A stretch of 62,795 bases of DNA. It comes from a virus. Taxonomy: Duplodnaviria; Caudoviricetes. Below, piece by piece: positions 1 to 11,500 of the stretch. A program made the position numbers and the translations under genes. How positions within the stretch are numbered: the first letter of the stretch is position 1; each line of letters begins with the position of its first letter. The stretch is from positions 1 to 62,795 of the IMG/VR virus record IMGVR_UViG_3300025151_000035. One strand, 5' to 3'. The notes under the pieces are model-generated. The model did not search any database. It saw only the letters and a list, made by a program, of their open reading frames with translations, and was not told the origin of the DNA.

Positions 1-84
1 GGACTTAAGTCAAAGTATATTAACCGGTTCAAGGAATTGCATGAATCTACTATTCCTTGGAACACAATCAGATATATATTCTAA
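1..84 (+). CDS. 3' end of a CDS truncated by the window edge
   Basis: Frame 1 is open from base 1 (GLKSKYINRFKELHESTIPWNTIRYIF) to TAA at 82-84; same strand as the next gene. Confidence 0.4.
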   Translation, partial: GLKSKYINRFKELHESTIPWNTIRYIF

Positions 85-217
85 TGAAAAGGTTTCAAAA
101 ACGCAGAGTAACACTTAGAAATACACTTTTGTTAAAGAAGTATTTCTTTCCATTTTTCTTTATCGTAAATGTGATCAACGTAATGTTAATAGTAACAATC
201 ATAAAATTTATGTACCC

Positions 218-616
218 ATGGGCTTAGATGCATATATGTTCTCTTACAAGGGAAGAAACAAGAAAGAAGTAGATTTTTCTCACGATCAAAAGACCAATGA
301 CTTAGTACACTACTGGAGAAAACATCCAAACTTAGAACAATGGATGTCTGACCTGTACTTCGAGAAAGGAGGTACAGGAACATACGGTATAGCAGGTAAA
401 GCTTTTAACTGCAATAAACTGCAGCTTACAAGAGAAGATCTGTTAGAACTTAGAGATGTTACAGATAAGAATGCATTACCTATCGGTGGTGGATTCTTTC
501 ACGGTAGTCCTCAAGGTGCTAATGAATACTATAGAGAGGAAACTCTTGAAGCTATAGATCTTGCTTTAGAAGCTATAGAGAATAAAAGGAAGGTATACTA
601 TACTTCCTGGTGGTAA
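218..616 (+). CDS. conserved phage hypothetical protein
   Basis: 132-aa ORF with the MGLD...YWRKHPNL...W...YYTSWW pattern seen in many phage hypotheticals; its stop abuts the convergent late operon. Confidence 0.75.
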   Translation: MGLDAYMFSYKGRNKKEVDFSHDQKTNDLVHYWRKHPNLEQWMSDLYFEKGGTGTYGIAGKAFNCNKLQLTREDLLELRDVTDKNALPIGGGFFHGSPQGANEYYREETLEAIDLALEAIENKRKVYYTSWW

Positions 617-3600
617 TTATTTATCACCGGTTACAAAAGTATAGAACTGATTGTACCCTAATCCAACTGTTTCTGCAAGCTCTCTACCTGCAGATTTCAT
701 TCTACCATCTAACTTGTCTGTAGTAGCCTGCCTATGTATCACAGATACAAGACGTAAGGCATCCTCTACAATACCCAATGAAGGTATAGCGGACTTGTTC
801 AGCTTTATCAATTCATTTGGGTTCAGAGCAAATGTAACTTCCAACTGAACCTTAGCAAGCACTTCAGAAAACATGCGTAATGCATGATTCTGTTGTGCTA
901 AGGTTTCGTCGTCATCTGGTCCAAATCCTCTCATTGCAAATAGTGAGCCTAGCAAAGTAAGTGCTATGGCTATCTGTACCTCTCTTAGTCCTGATCGTAC
1001 AGATGCTTCACGCATTTCTATGTAGGATTCAAGATCTAAGTTTTTAAAGTCAGGATCGTTAGTATTCTTTTTAAGGTAATCCAGTTCTAATTGTATAGAT
1101 GCTCTCTGAGCATTATACTTCTTCTGATCAGAAGCAGACCACTTACCTTTAGCTTCTAAACGGGCCTTTCTTTTATTACTGATATTATATCCTTGGAACA
1201 GTACCAAGTGTGACATAAAATTCTTAGCGGTCTTTAGGTTATTACCTAACCATGTCATGATAGTTTCTCCTTCGTCAAAGTTCTCTCTTTGACTCATGCC
1301 TCTGGCCAGTCCTCCGAATCTTCCTTCTACTGGCGCATCTTCAATGTAATCGAAGTATCTACCTTTAAATCTCTTGTGTAGATATCCAGGCATCCACCAC
1401 TTAAACGTACCAAATAATCTAAATGCCATTTCGGTATGAGCAGCTACAATATTATCTGCACCTTGCTCACCCTTTATACCGGATACAATTCTCTTTACTT
1501 TTTGTCTGAATGTAGTAAAAGCTTCATCAGATAAGGTACCTATCTCTACCCTCATATCACCTTTTTCATTGGTGACAATACCTTCTTTAAGTACTTCTAT
1601 AAGAGGCTTTGTACCTTCTGGTAATTGAGCTAATCTTTTTATTTCTCCATCCTCACTGATACCGTGAGAGTGCATCATAGCTACCGCTACATTTCTATCT
1701 ATAGACCTATCTGTAAGTCCTAACGGCTCATAAAGAAACGATGTGTCTAAAGCTTGAGACAGTGTAGAGCTTTGCATTCTTCTAGCTCTGTGGTATGTAT
1801 GCCCTTCTGTGTGAAGATTCAAGTAATCTGTAACAGCATAGTAAGCTCTTCTGTCACTGGATGCGAACATCTTTATAGACTTATTAAGGTCTTCTCCTGA
1901 ATAGTGTACACCTCCTCTACCCTCAACATGAGTAAATAAACTACCTGCAATCTTAGTAGATATACCTAATCGTACCGGTAAAGAGATCTTCATAAGACTG
2001 AATATGCTATTCATCTTACTGATCATCTTTTGAGCGCTTATATTACCTATGAACATATCGTCACTACTGTATGAGTGACCGTACATGTAGTAGTTAAATA
2101 GCTGATCGTAAAGCTGTATTGTTTCCGGATCTATCTTTTCGTCTCTGAATGTTCCTGCTGCAGTCTTTTCAATAGAACCATAAGCTAATTTACCCTTTAC
2201 AGCTCTCTTCTGCTTAAGCTGTCTGCCTGAAAGCTTTTCAGTTACAAGCTGGTGACGCATGAATTGGAGTTCAGATTCTATTTTAGATTTCTCCATATAG
2301 TTATAGATACTAGAACCCATTAGATACATGGATCTTGATAGGTCTCTAGATACTAACTGAGAACTTTTATCTCCTTTTCTATTACGCAAAGCCTGAATAA
2401 AAGGAAGAGGTATTTTATTTACATTATTACCTCCAGATGTATCATCTTCATCTTCTTTTACAACCCATCCCCTTGAAGCCCAGTCTGTAAGGACGTCTTT
2501 ATCAAAGAACTCTCCCTTGACGGCTCTTTCTACAAGAGAGGTTCTAACTGATGGTATCATATCATAGTTAAGAGATACTCCATCTAGCTCTTCGTTCCAT
2601 TCTTGTAGCTGGTCTTTCCAAGCAGTATAATAATTCAGTAGAGCTTCATTACCTGGAGCATTAAGCATGGTGTACTCTTTACTCCAAACCTCTTTAGCAA
2701 CTTCAGGTTTAACTTCCAGGTAAGCTCTATACCTTGAAGATGTCCAAGCTTTAGGATTACCTCCAAATACATTATACCTGTCTTTAAAAGACTGTAGTTC
2801 AGCATCATAAGCCCTTCCTTGATCAGGGTACTCTAACTTTAACTGCGCAATTCTTTTTTTAAGTAATGCATCGTAAGATTTTTTAGCACCTTCTTTTACT
2901 TGAAAGTGTTTTTTCATCCACTCTATATCTGCATTTGCATCTCTACCTTCTTTATCCGGAGATACTCTCTCTTCAACTTCCCCCCAAAACTCTTTTTTGA
3001 ACATCGGTATAAGCTTAAGCTCTTCACCGGTATCCCTTATAAACATTTCATAGGTCTCTGTTAAAGACCTATTATTATTCTTAGCCCAGACTTTAAGTGT
3101 GTCGTTAAGATCTTCCCACTTCAATCGTAGCTCTTCAGTTCTTCGAGCTATGATATCATGTGTAATATTTATTCTCCTTTTAGTCTCTTTGAAAATAGGA
3201 TTGTCTATTTGGTCCATTACTGTGAACTTCGATAGATACCCTACTTTAGGTGCTAGTACAGTTGTATCTAGCCTAGAAGATTCTTGAGTTCTGAATACAA
3301 GCTCATTCTGTATCTTATTGACACTTCCTCGTACAAGCCTGTCTAAAACTATAAGGTCTTTCTCAAGTTTCTCTTTAGCTTCCTTTGTTTTAAGTGTGTC
3401 TTTTTTGTCCTCCATTATCTCTTCGACATTGGAAAACATTGTAAGAACTTCAAGGGAGTGATGGAGTTCTTCAAACGTTATGAATCCTTCTGAATCAGGA
3501 TCTCTATTATCTACATTCTCCTGTACTTTATTTACAGTATCGTTAAGCTCTTTAATAAGGTTGGAAAAGTTAGACTCTACTACAAAGCTTTGAATAGCTG

Positions 3601-5536
3601 CATAGATAATATCCTTCTCTCTTCTAACCTTTGCACTTGGCTTTTTTATATTAAGCTCTGTAAGCCTGTTGTACAGTTCAGAAAGCTTAGAGTTTATCTT
3701 AGCATCATCAGTATACTCAGATGCTACAGATATATGCTGTAAAAATCTATTCTTCTTAGACCCTATGTTAAAGGTGTTTATACCTGTAGGCTTTCCAGTA
3801 GACCTATCCCAAGAAAAATCCATGTGTCCAGGGATAATTCTTGATCGTCTAATGTTGGTTATACCATAGTTATCTCTTAGAGTTTTACTGTACATGGATA
3901 ACTGTGAGTCATAACTTTCTTTACGGCCTCCTCTAAAAGGATCTATAGCTATCTGTTTAGATCCTGCTTTACCGGTTGTAAACTTTTCTCTAGGGCTTAT
4001 AAACTTGAAGTCGTATACTGCTGCAGATCCATCAGAGAATAGAAAAAGAATATCTATACTACCCCCTGTATCTGTAGCCTTATCATATACACGTACCTCT
4101 GTAAATATTTTAAAATCCTTATCAGGATCAATTTCTTTTTGTATTTCTCGAGCACTATTAAGAAGTCTGGATGTTTCCTCTTTGTACTCTTTAAGCATAG
4201 AGTCGTTAAGACCTGCTGTATTTTGAGCTTCCTTTACAGATACAGTAGGGTTATCATCAAGCTTTACTACTTGAGCACCTTTCATCCTTTTACCTTCAGA
4301 CTCTATAAGTACCTGACCTAATGTGTGAAGATTAGTTCCGGATTCTGCTGCAAACTTAGGCTTCTCTCTTCTTTGAGCTACCTTAACTGCGTCTATGCCT
4401 CCCATGCTACGCATGAACTTTATAGTTGAAGGGTCTGTAACTCTTCGTGATACTACTCTTTCCGATCCGTCGTCCTCAGTATACATGTACCTTGCTATCA
4501 GACCTTGATCGTCCTCAAACAGTTCTACATTCTTCATCTTCCCTTCCACCATGTCTTTGGTAAGTTCAGGGTTGATTCTCAATCTGTTATGTGTCTTTAC
4601 AAGCTCTTCCTCTACAAGTTCTGCAGGCTTACCTGCTTCTAAAGACCTGAAGATCGTAGTATTAGTAGTAGAGTTTACCGCATCTTTATACTCAGAAAGA
4701 TTAGAGTTGAATAGGTTGTATGCTGCTTTTTTATAAGGATCTTCTAAATTGAACATCTCTTTTAAAGCTTTCCAAGCTCTTTGCCACCATCTAGAATCCC
4801 TATCTTCTACAGCATCTTCTCCGACTCTGTTAGTTATTATCTTGGCTATAGCCTCATCTATAAGAGCTTCTTGATCGTAGGTTTCTAGACCTGAATACTT
4901 TTCTACTACCTCTGTATACTCAGGAGTTTTAGTAACTCTGTTTCTCATAGAAGAGTATAAAGGACTGTTTGTATCCTTCAGTGCATTTACATAAAAGTGT
5001 GCAAGCTCTTCTGTTATCTCTGACTCGTTACCCAGAGTAATAAGAACCGCTTTATTCAATAGGTCTGCTGCAGCTACACCTTCTAGTGGATTGCCTTCAC
5101 TGTCTTTAAGGTTCTCCATTACTTTTAATGAAAGACCTAACTGCTCCATAACAGATTTGGCAGATGCAGATATGTTAGTCTCTGCCTCCTCTATCCTGGC
5201 CTGTATTTCTTCTTCTGCGTTTTCAGGGGATACATCTGCAAGTTCCTGGAACTTTTCTAACTCTGATCCTCTGAATCGGACAAGAGTATTTCTTACCATA
5301 TTATCTCTCAGGTAAGAGTGACCTCTTAATGCTTTTGTTTCTGAGCCGTGAAGGTATATTACCGGCTCAGTTTGAATACCGTATGTAGATTCAAGTGTAT
5401 TCTGAATACGAGCTGCTTCTTGGTTAAACTCATATGCAGGTGCAGTAAGTTCATAGAGTCTTCTACTTTCATTGTACTCCATAAGGTCCTTTCCGACCAT
5501 ATTATCTATAACTCTTTGTCGTATACTGCAACTCAT
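617..5536 (-). CDS. large ejected virion (cargo) protein with a PD-(D/E)xK nuclease domain
   Basis: 1639 aa, directly downstream of the vRNAP as in crAss-like phages; motifs GTNLH...TEVRV...GSIDIL...VYDFK...QLSMY; degenerate zincin-like EELAHF near the N-terminus. Confidence 0.75.
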   Translation of the reverse strand: MSCSIRQRVIDNMVGKDLMEYNESRRLYELTAPAYEFNQEAARIQNTLESTYGIQTEPVIYLHGSETKALRGHSYLRDNMVRNTLVRFRGSELEKFQELADVSPENAEEEIQARIEEAETNISASAKSVMEQLGLSLKVMENLKDSEGNPLEGVAAADLLNKAVLITLGNESEITEELAHFYVNALKDTNSPLYSSMRNRVTKTPEYTEVVEKYSGLETYDQEALIDEAIAKIITNRVGEDAVEDRDSRWWQRAWKALKEMFNLEDPYKKAAYNLFNSNLSEYKDAVNSTTNTTIFRSLEAGKPAELVEEELVKTHNRLRINPELTKDMVEGKMKNVELFEDDQGLIARYMYTEDDGSERVVSRRVTDPSTIKFMRSMGGIDAVKVAQRREKPKFAAESGTNLHTLGQVLIESEGKRMKGAQVVKLDDNPTVSVKEAQNTAGLNDSMLKEYKEETSRLLNSAREIQKEIDPDKDFKIFTEVRVYDKATDTGGSIDILFLFSDGSAAVYDFKFISPREKFTTGKAGSKQIAIDPFRGGRKESYDSQLSMYSKTLRDNYGITNIRRSRIIPGHMDFSWDRSTGKPTGINTFNIGSKKNRFLQHISVASEYTDDAKINSKLSELYNRLTELNIKKPSAKVRREKDIIYAAIQSFVVESNFSNLIKELNDTVNKVQENVDNRDPDSEGFITFEELHHSLEVLTMFSNVEEIMEDKKDTLKTKEAKEKLEKDLIVLDRLVRGSVNKIQNELVFRTQESSRLDTTVLAPKVGYLSKFTVMDQIDNPIFKETKRRINITHDIIARRTEELRLKWEDLNDTLKVWAKNNNRSLTETYEMFIRDTGEELKLIPMFKKEFWGEVEERVSPDKEGRDANADIEWMKKHFQVKEGAKKSYDALLKKRIAQLKLEYPDQGRAYDAELQSFKDRYNVFGGNPKAWTSSRYRAYLEVKPEVAKEVWSKEYTMLNAPGNEALLNYYTAWKDQLQEWNEELDGVSLNYDMIPSVRTSLVERAVKGEFFDKDVLTDWASRGWVVKEDEDDTSGGNNVNKIPLPFIQALRNRKGDKSSQLVSRDLSRSMYLMGSSIYNYMEKSKIESELQFMRHQLVTEKLSGRQLKQKRAVKGKLAYGSIEKTAAGTFRDEKIDPETIQLYDQLFNYYMYGHSYSSDDMFIGNISAQKMISKMNSIFSLMKISLPVRLGISTKIAGSLFTHVEGRGGVHYSGEDLNKSIKMFASSDRRAYYAVTDYLNLHTEGHTYHRARRMQSSTLSQALDTSFLYEPLGLTDRSIDRNVAVAMMHSHGISEDGEIKRLAQLPEGTKPLIEVLKEGIVTNEKGDMRVEIGTLSDEAFTTFRQKVKRIVSGIKGEQGADNIVAAHTEMAFRLFGTFKWWMPGYLHKRFKGRYFDYIEDAPVEGRFGGLARGMSQRENFDEGETIMTWLGNNLKTAKNFMSHLVLFQGYNISNKRKARLEAKGKWSASDQKKYNAQRASIQLELDYLKKNTNDPDFKNLDLESYIEMREASVRSGLREVQIAIALTLLGSLFAMRGFGPDDDETLAQQNHALRMFSEVLAKVQLEVTFALNPNELIKLNKSAIPSLGIVEDALRLVSVIHRQATTDKLDGRMKSAGRELAETVGLGYNQFYTFVTGDK

Positions 5537-5546
5537 TAGGTTCTTT

Positions 5547-8500
5547 TTAAGCTGTGTAACAGGTAATATCTACATCACCTTCATTATTATCAGGACTTAT
5601 TCTATTCTTGTCAAGCATCTCATTCCTAGGGATACGAATAGTATCTGTCATATTTACAAAAGTACGACTTCCTGTTACAGGAATACTGACTGACTGCATT
5701 GAGTTAGCTGCTCCCCCTGATCTATCTGCTTTAAAGTTTCTATAGAAATACTTCTGAACTTTAGGTAAAGGTAGTCCTGCTTTTCTAGCAGCCTTTCTAG
5801 CCTGCAATGACTCCTTTGTTATCTTGTATGTAAATGGATATAGTTTCTGAGAGAAGCTATTGTCTTTAGGTACTATCTGCCTATCATTATGGTTATCCAT
5901 AAAGAACTTATCAAAGTAAGAGCCTTCTATATTAAGTTGGCTACTGCCATTTAAATAAGAATCCAAATAATCTTCCATATACTCTAATACAAAATCACCA
6001 GGGATGGTATTTAGGAAAGATACCGGTGATGATCCTACACCACTTTGCAGTAATGCTGTCTGCACAAATGCTCTTGCAAGATCAGGGTCTGTAGCTCTAA
6101 TGTCATTGAACCCATCAAAGATAGTTCGCATTTCATAAGAGGTCATAGTTCTACTTACAGGTTGTAGGTAATCATTTGTTCTATCCTGCCCCTCTCTTGA
6201 AGCTGATAGTACAGGAACAAGAGATAGTATAAATGGGTTATCTCTCAAAGGATGATCTCCTTTAGGATCCTGAATCTTCTGAAGCCTGTTTGCCATAGAG
6301 TCATCCCCAAACATAAGTGTCTCTATGTTATTACCTAAAGGTATCATACCTTCTTTATATGCATTCTGTAATATGAATGATATAAATCCATCTTCAAACT
6401 TAGATAGGATACGTGCTCTATCATCTACAGACAGTCCCTTGATTTTAGGGTTTGTAAATATTTTCTGCACTCTTCTAAAGTCATCTCTGTATTGCTCTCC
6501 TGCCTTTTCTGTCAAGAACATTTCATTGAAAACTGTCTGCATACTGAAATTGTATGAGGTCATAGCTTTCATAAAGTTTGCTGGTTCTGACTCATCTGTC
6601 TCACTCAGTTCTTCTGCAGCTACAGATCCTGGAATGTTCATCCCAGATATTCTTTCTACGTTTTCAAACAGGTCAGTACTTACAGCGCTCTCGTACATGT
6701 CAAGTACCACTCTTAGATGGTTTCTATTCTTAGGTACTTTAGTATCAAAGGATTGTGCTGTTACAATATTACCTAAGTCATCTCCTATCTTACTGTACAC
6801 CATCATATCTGTTAAGATTTGAAGCTGTTCAAACTTCTGCTTCTCTGTAAGGTCATTTACATCTTGAGCTACAGTCTCAGCTAGAATATCTGAATTAAAT
6901 GCACGTACTCCAGATTCTGTTTCTGGTACTTTATAACTAGTAGCGTACTTCTTTCTAAGAGATTTTGCTATTTCTTCCTCATACTCACTCTTCTCCATAA
7001 CCTTCATAGTCCTACTTCTTCCTACTTCAAGCTTACTTAAGTAGTCTTTAACTATAGGTTGGTTAGCAAACATTGCTATAGTCTCCATATCTACTCCAGC
7101 TCTAATAAGGAACATCCACATGTTCGCATTATCTGGATTGATATTAAGTATATGAAGTATAGGGGTATTAACTACATCTACAGATGCGTTTACAAGCTGA
7201 CTTATAGCATCAGATATACGCATAGTATTGTTGATGTTCATAGTTCTACCTAGAGAGTATGATTCTGCTAAAGGATCAAATCCTTCAAAGTTCAATCTTA
7301 CTTTTGCAAGTCTCCCCGGTAACTGTATAGACATGTCCTTAGCATTAAGTCTAAGGCCTGCCATCTGTCCCTTAATGTTGTGAGTAGATGCAAGTGCAGC
7401 TATACCTACTAATGTTTTACCCTTATTGAATGCTTCAGACACTTTAATAAGATAAGGTATATCTGTATTTAAGTTGTAATCAGTTATACCTGAAAGGTCA
7501 GGAAGTTTATCAGTCCCTTTATAAAGGTCTGTAATTTTTTCAGCAACGTTCTCAGCATCAGAAGTATTTACCGGCTGCATCCAGGTATCAAACCTTTCTT
7601 GCTTTGCTTCTTCATTAGTTACACCTTTAGCTTGTAATAAGGCTATCATATCCTCCATTACAGCATTCTGCATAGCTCCTCTACTTTGTACATTATATAC
7701 AGTAGCTTCTGGGTTATCCTTCTTCCAGTCTTCAAAAGGTTGTTTACCTACACTCTTTGCAAAGTTGTATACAAGGGCTTGTGTAAGAGAGTCTCCTTTA
7801 AGTTGCTCTAACTCTTCAGGGGTAACTCTATCCTGTGCATTGTACCATTCTTCTAGGGTAGGGTAAAACTTTTCTTTTACAAGTCTATTCCCTACTTTTT
7901 TATAGGATGGAAAATACAATACAAGTTTGTCAATATCAAAGTCAGATCCTGATTTAGTAACCATCTCAGATGGAATTACCACTGTAGGACCGGCACTCCT
8001 AGGTAAGAATCCTTTTACTTTGATAGCCTCAATAGAGTGTATACCATCTGTAGGAATACGTATACCTATCATTTCTACAAGGTCAAGTCCTCCTATAAGT
8101 TCTCCATCGGCAAATATTCCTTCTTGAGTAATAACTACATCTTTATCTACCATCTCTTTGAAGTGATGTGGTAGATATACTTCCATGTACTGATCACCTA
8201 CAGTGTAAGGCTTAAGCTCTTTTAATCTTACTCCTGGAACATCCTCTATTTTGGCAGTCTCAAATCCAAGAGAAGATTGCTGTACATACATGTCCCCATC
8301 AAACTTCTGACGGATAACTCTTTTACCTGCAAGGCTCCATAGTACTCCTTCTAGCCTTCCTTTGTTAGAAACAGCATCAAAGTACATAGGCTTTTTAGCA
8401 TCATTTCTCTCTTGAAGTTTATCCAAAGACGCCATAAGCTGCATAGGCATTTGCCTTCTAATGCTCTCATCTTTAATAGCTTCTAAAAACTTGCTATAGT

Positions 8501-11500
8501 CTTGATTCTTTACAGTATAGGTTCTTATACCCTGATCATCTATAGATTCTTCAAGGTTAAGTTCATCTAATAGCTCTTTGTATCCTCTGTCTATAAGTGC
8601 ATTCAGAACTTCGTTATATCTTTCTACAGTAGGAGCAAGCTCTCTGAACTCTTCTCTTAGCTGTCCATCTTCAAATAGGTCAGAAAGTACTTGTACCCTA
8701 GCCTGTGTAGCAAGAGGTGACTTACCTTTAAACTTAGATGGCACTTCTAACTGTGTACCCATAAAGGTGTAATCTATATTTACTTTCTGTCCTTCAGAGA
8801 ATGATGCTGTAAGATCTTCTGAACTACGGATAACATCTCCGTCCATAAGTTGTAGCTGTCCTGCATCTCCGGGTACACCGATCTTAAATGCAGATGGAAG
8901 TATAAGTCCACCTAATTTATTAGATGTAAGGAAATCATACATATTAAGGATGCCTGGGAATGTCTCATTTCCCATCTTGGCCAAACCTGGATAGATAGGT
9001 GCAGCAGACATTTTAAAGAATCCTGGCACCTGTGTATCTACATTACCATTAGGTAAGTATCCGAAGTATTGGAACTTAAGAGGTGGGAATTTACCGTACT
9101 CTTCTTCAGTAAGAACATCTCCACGCATAGCATTTTCATACGCTCTTTCCTGCTCTACACTCCAAGTATTGCCTCGTATAGCCATTTCTCTATACGATGG
9201 TAAAGTAAGTAATAGTGTACCGTCTGCTTTGTCTGCAGCTCTTCTATATGCTGCTGCTATCTCCGGAGATAAAGTCTCTAAGTATTCGTTGTAGTATGGA
9301 GTAACTCTTTGCGGCTCCTGTATAACTGCAAGGTCCTCTGTACCATCAGACTTTCTACCGTCGTACTTAGCTCTAGCATTTTCAGATTCATTAAGCCACT
9401 TATCAAGTTGAGGATCTACACTGAATATATCCTTTACACCTGCAGCACCCTTAATCCTCTTAAATAATGCTTTATAGAATGCAGGGTCTCCAAAGAATAC
9501 TTTAAAGGTTTCATTCTTATAGACTGTTTGCTTAGTAATTACCTCTTCTAAGAATGCATCTAACTGCTCTGAGTTTATGTTATCAGGGAGTTCTTTTGAA
9601 AAGTGCTCTCTATTAAGTCCTAATACCTGATAAGTACCGTCCTCATTGTCATGAATAACCTTAAGGTCTAACATGTAATCTTTAAGAGTGCGCATATTCA
9701 CTCTAAGATTAGCATCTATAGATTCAAAGATCTGATCAGAATTTTCATTTACAAACTTCTGTACATCTATACGCCCTGCTTTAGGATCGTTCATGATCTC
9801 TGTCATACGGTCTATTATAGACGTATCTACTTTAGACATCAAAGACTCGAACATTCTTAGTGAGCCTAGTCCTGGACGATTGATCCTCTCTGTAAAATAA
9901 TCTACATCTATACCTTCTTTCCTTCCTTTGTTTACAGCCATTATCTCATCCATAAGATAGCCTAAGAAAGCTTCTTTTGCAGAGTCAATGGTTTTAAAAT
10001 CTTGTATAGGGAACCTTATAGCAAAGTTTGTAGATATGTCTGCAGCCTGTAGCAAAGGCATAATGCCTTGCATAATAGATTCTACATAACTTACAAGATT
10101 ATCTGTAGGTCTAAGTTTAGAAGTCTTAACTCCTGTCTCTCCTACACCTTCAATTGTAAGTCCCTCTCTAATGATTATATCTATATTCTTATTCTCATTC
10201 TCTTGCAATGCTTTTAGTGTAAGCGATGAGAATGCATAAGGATTCTTAGATAGATTTTTTGGAGAGGAGTAATATACCCCTCTTAACTTATCCATTCCAG
10301 TATTTGCTATAGTGGTCAGGTAGTTATTCAGGGAGATACTGTATACTATTTTACCTTCAGGATTCTGATGCTGAAACTCATAGTCCATCTTAGTGGTTTC
10401 AAGTTCCAGTTTGGCTAAAGCGTTCATTCTTGTAACACTCTGAGCTTCCTCCCTGTCAAATAGTGCCGCTAAGTTTGTAGTACCTTTAATAAGGTCTCCA
10501 TACACAAATGCAAGACCGTCCTCTAAAACCTCTTTATAGGTCATTTCAGAGTTCTTAAGAGTACGTTCCGGATCTATTTCTAGTATCTCTTCCAGCTTTT
10601 CTCTGTTAGAGAATGTGATACCTATGTGCTCAAGTGCGTCCAGCTTCATACCGTATCCTTTAAGAATTACCTTATCACGTATTTCTTCAAGGGTCAGTTT
10701 TTCTCTATTGAAGTTTGCTTTTGCTTTATTGTCAAATACAATACTGCCTTCTGGACTCATAGTCATATGAGCACTGGTCTTCTCTTTACTTCGTAAGAAC
10801 GAGTCCCACCTTGCACGGATACTCTTTAAGTTTCTTTCAAGGCTAGGATCTATATTTCCTATTCTTCCATTCTCCTGCAGTATAGTATACTGCGTATCAT
10901 ACATAGTTTTTGCAAACTGACTACGTACTGCAGTATGGAGTAATACAGTTTCTATAGCTGTACCTCCATCCATCTCATAATCTCCTAGTCTTTCAAGTAC
11001 TTGTGGTGCCCACTCATAATCTTCAGAAATACCATCTATAATTTCAAGTTGCGTCTCAAAATCAAGTGTACCTTCTAAGTTTGTCTGCAAAGTTTTAAGA
11101 ACTGTTTTAAGTTCATACACTCCTCGTAGACCGGTAGAGTTTGTCTCTCCTGTATTAATAGGAATTGTACCAAGAAGAAGTTTTACTATGCCTTTTGCAG
11201 AATCTGTAGGGGACATTTCCATCCTATCAGATACATCTGCAAACATTCTACTTGATACCTCATCTTCATCTCTTGTATCTTCTATCTCAAAGTCAAGCCC
11301 TAACTCTGATAAGAATTGTTTATGAAGCTGTACGGCCTCTAATCTTTTTTGACGTCCTCCTGCTTCATCTCCGTATAGATACTTTAAGGTTGCTAGAGTC
11401 TGAGCCTGCTCTTCAGATCCTTCTTTTGCGCTATTGTACTTTGCAAGAAGATCATTATACATATTGGTCCAGGCATTGAAGTATGCCATACGTATCTGAG

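Noticed and set aside
84-167. 27-aa ORF coupled by TAATG to the truncated first gene
   Set aside because: Too short to support without homology data
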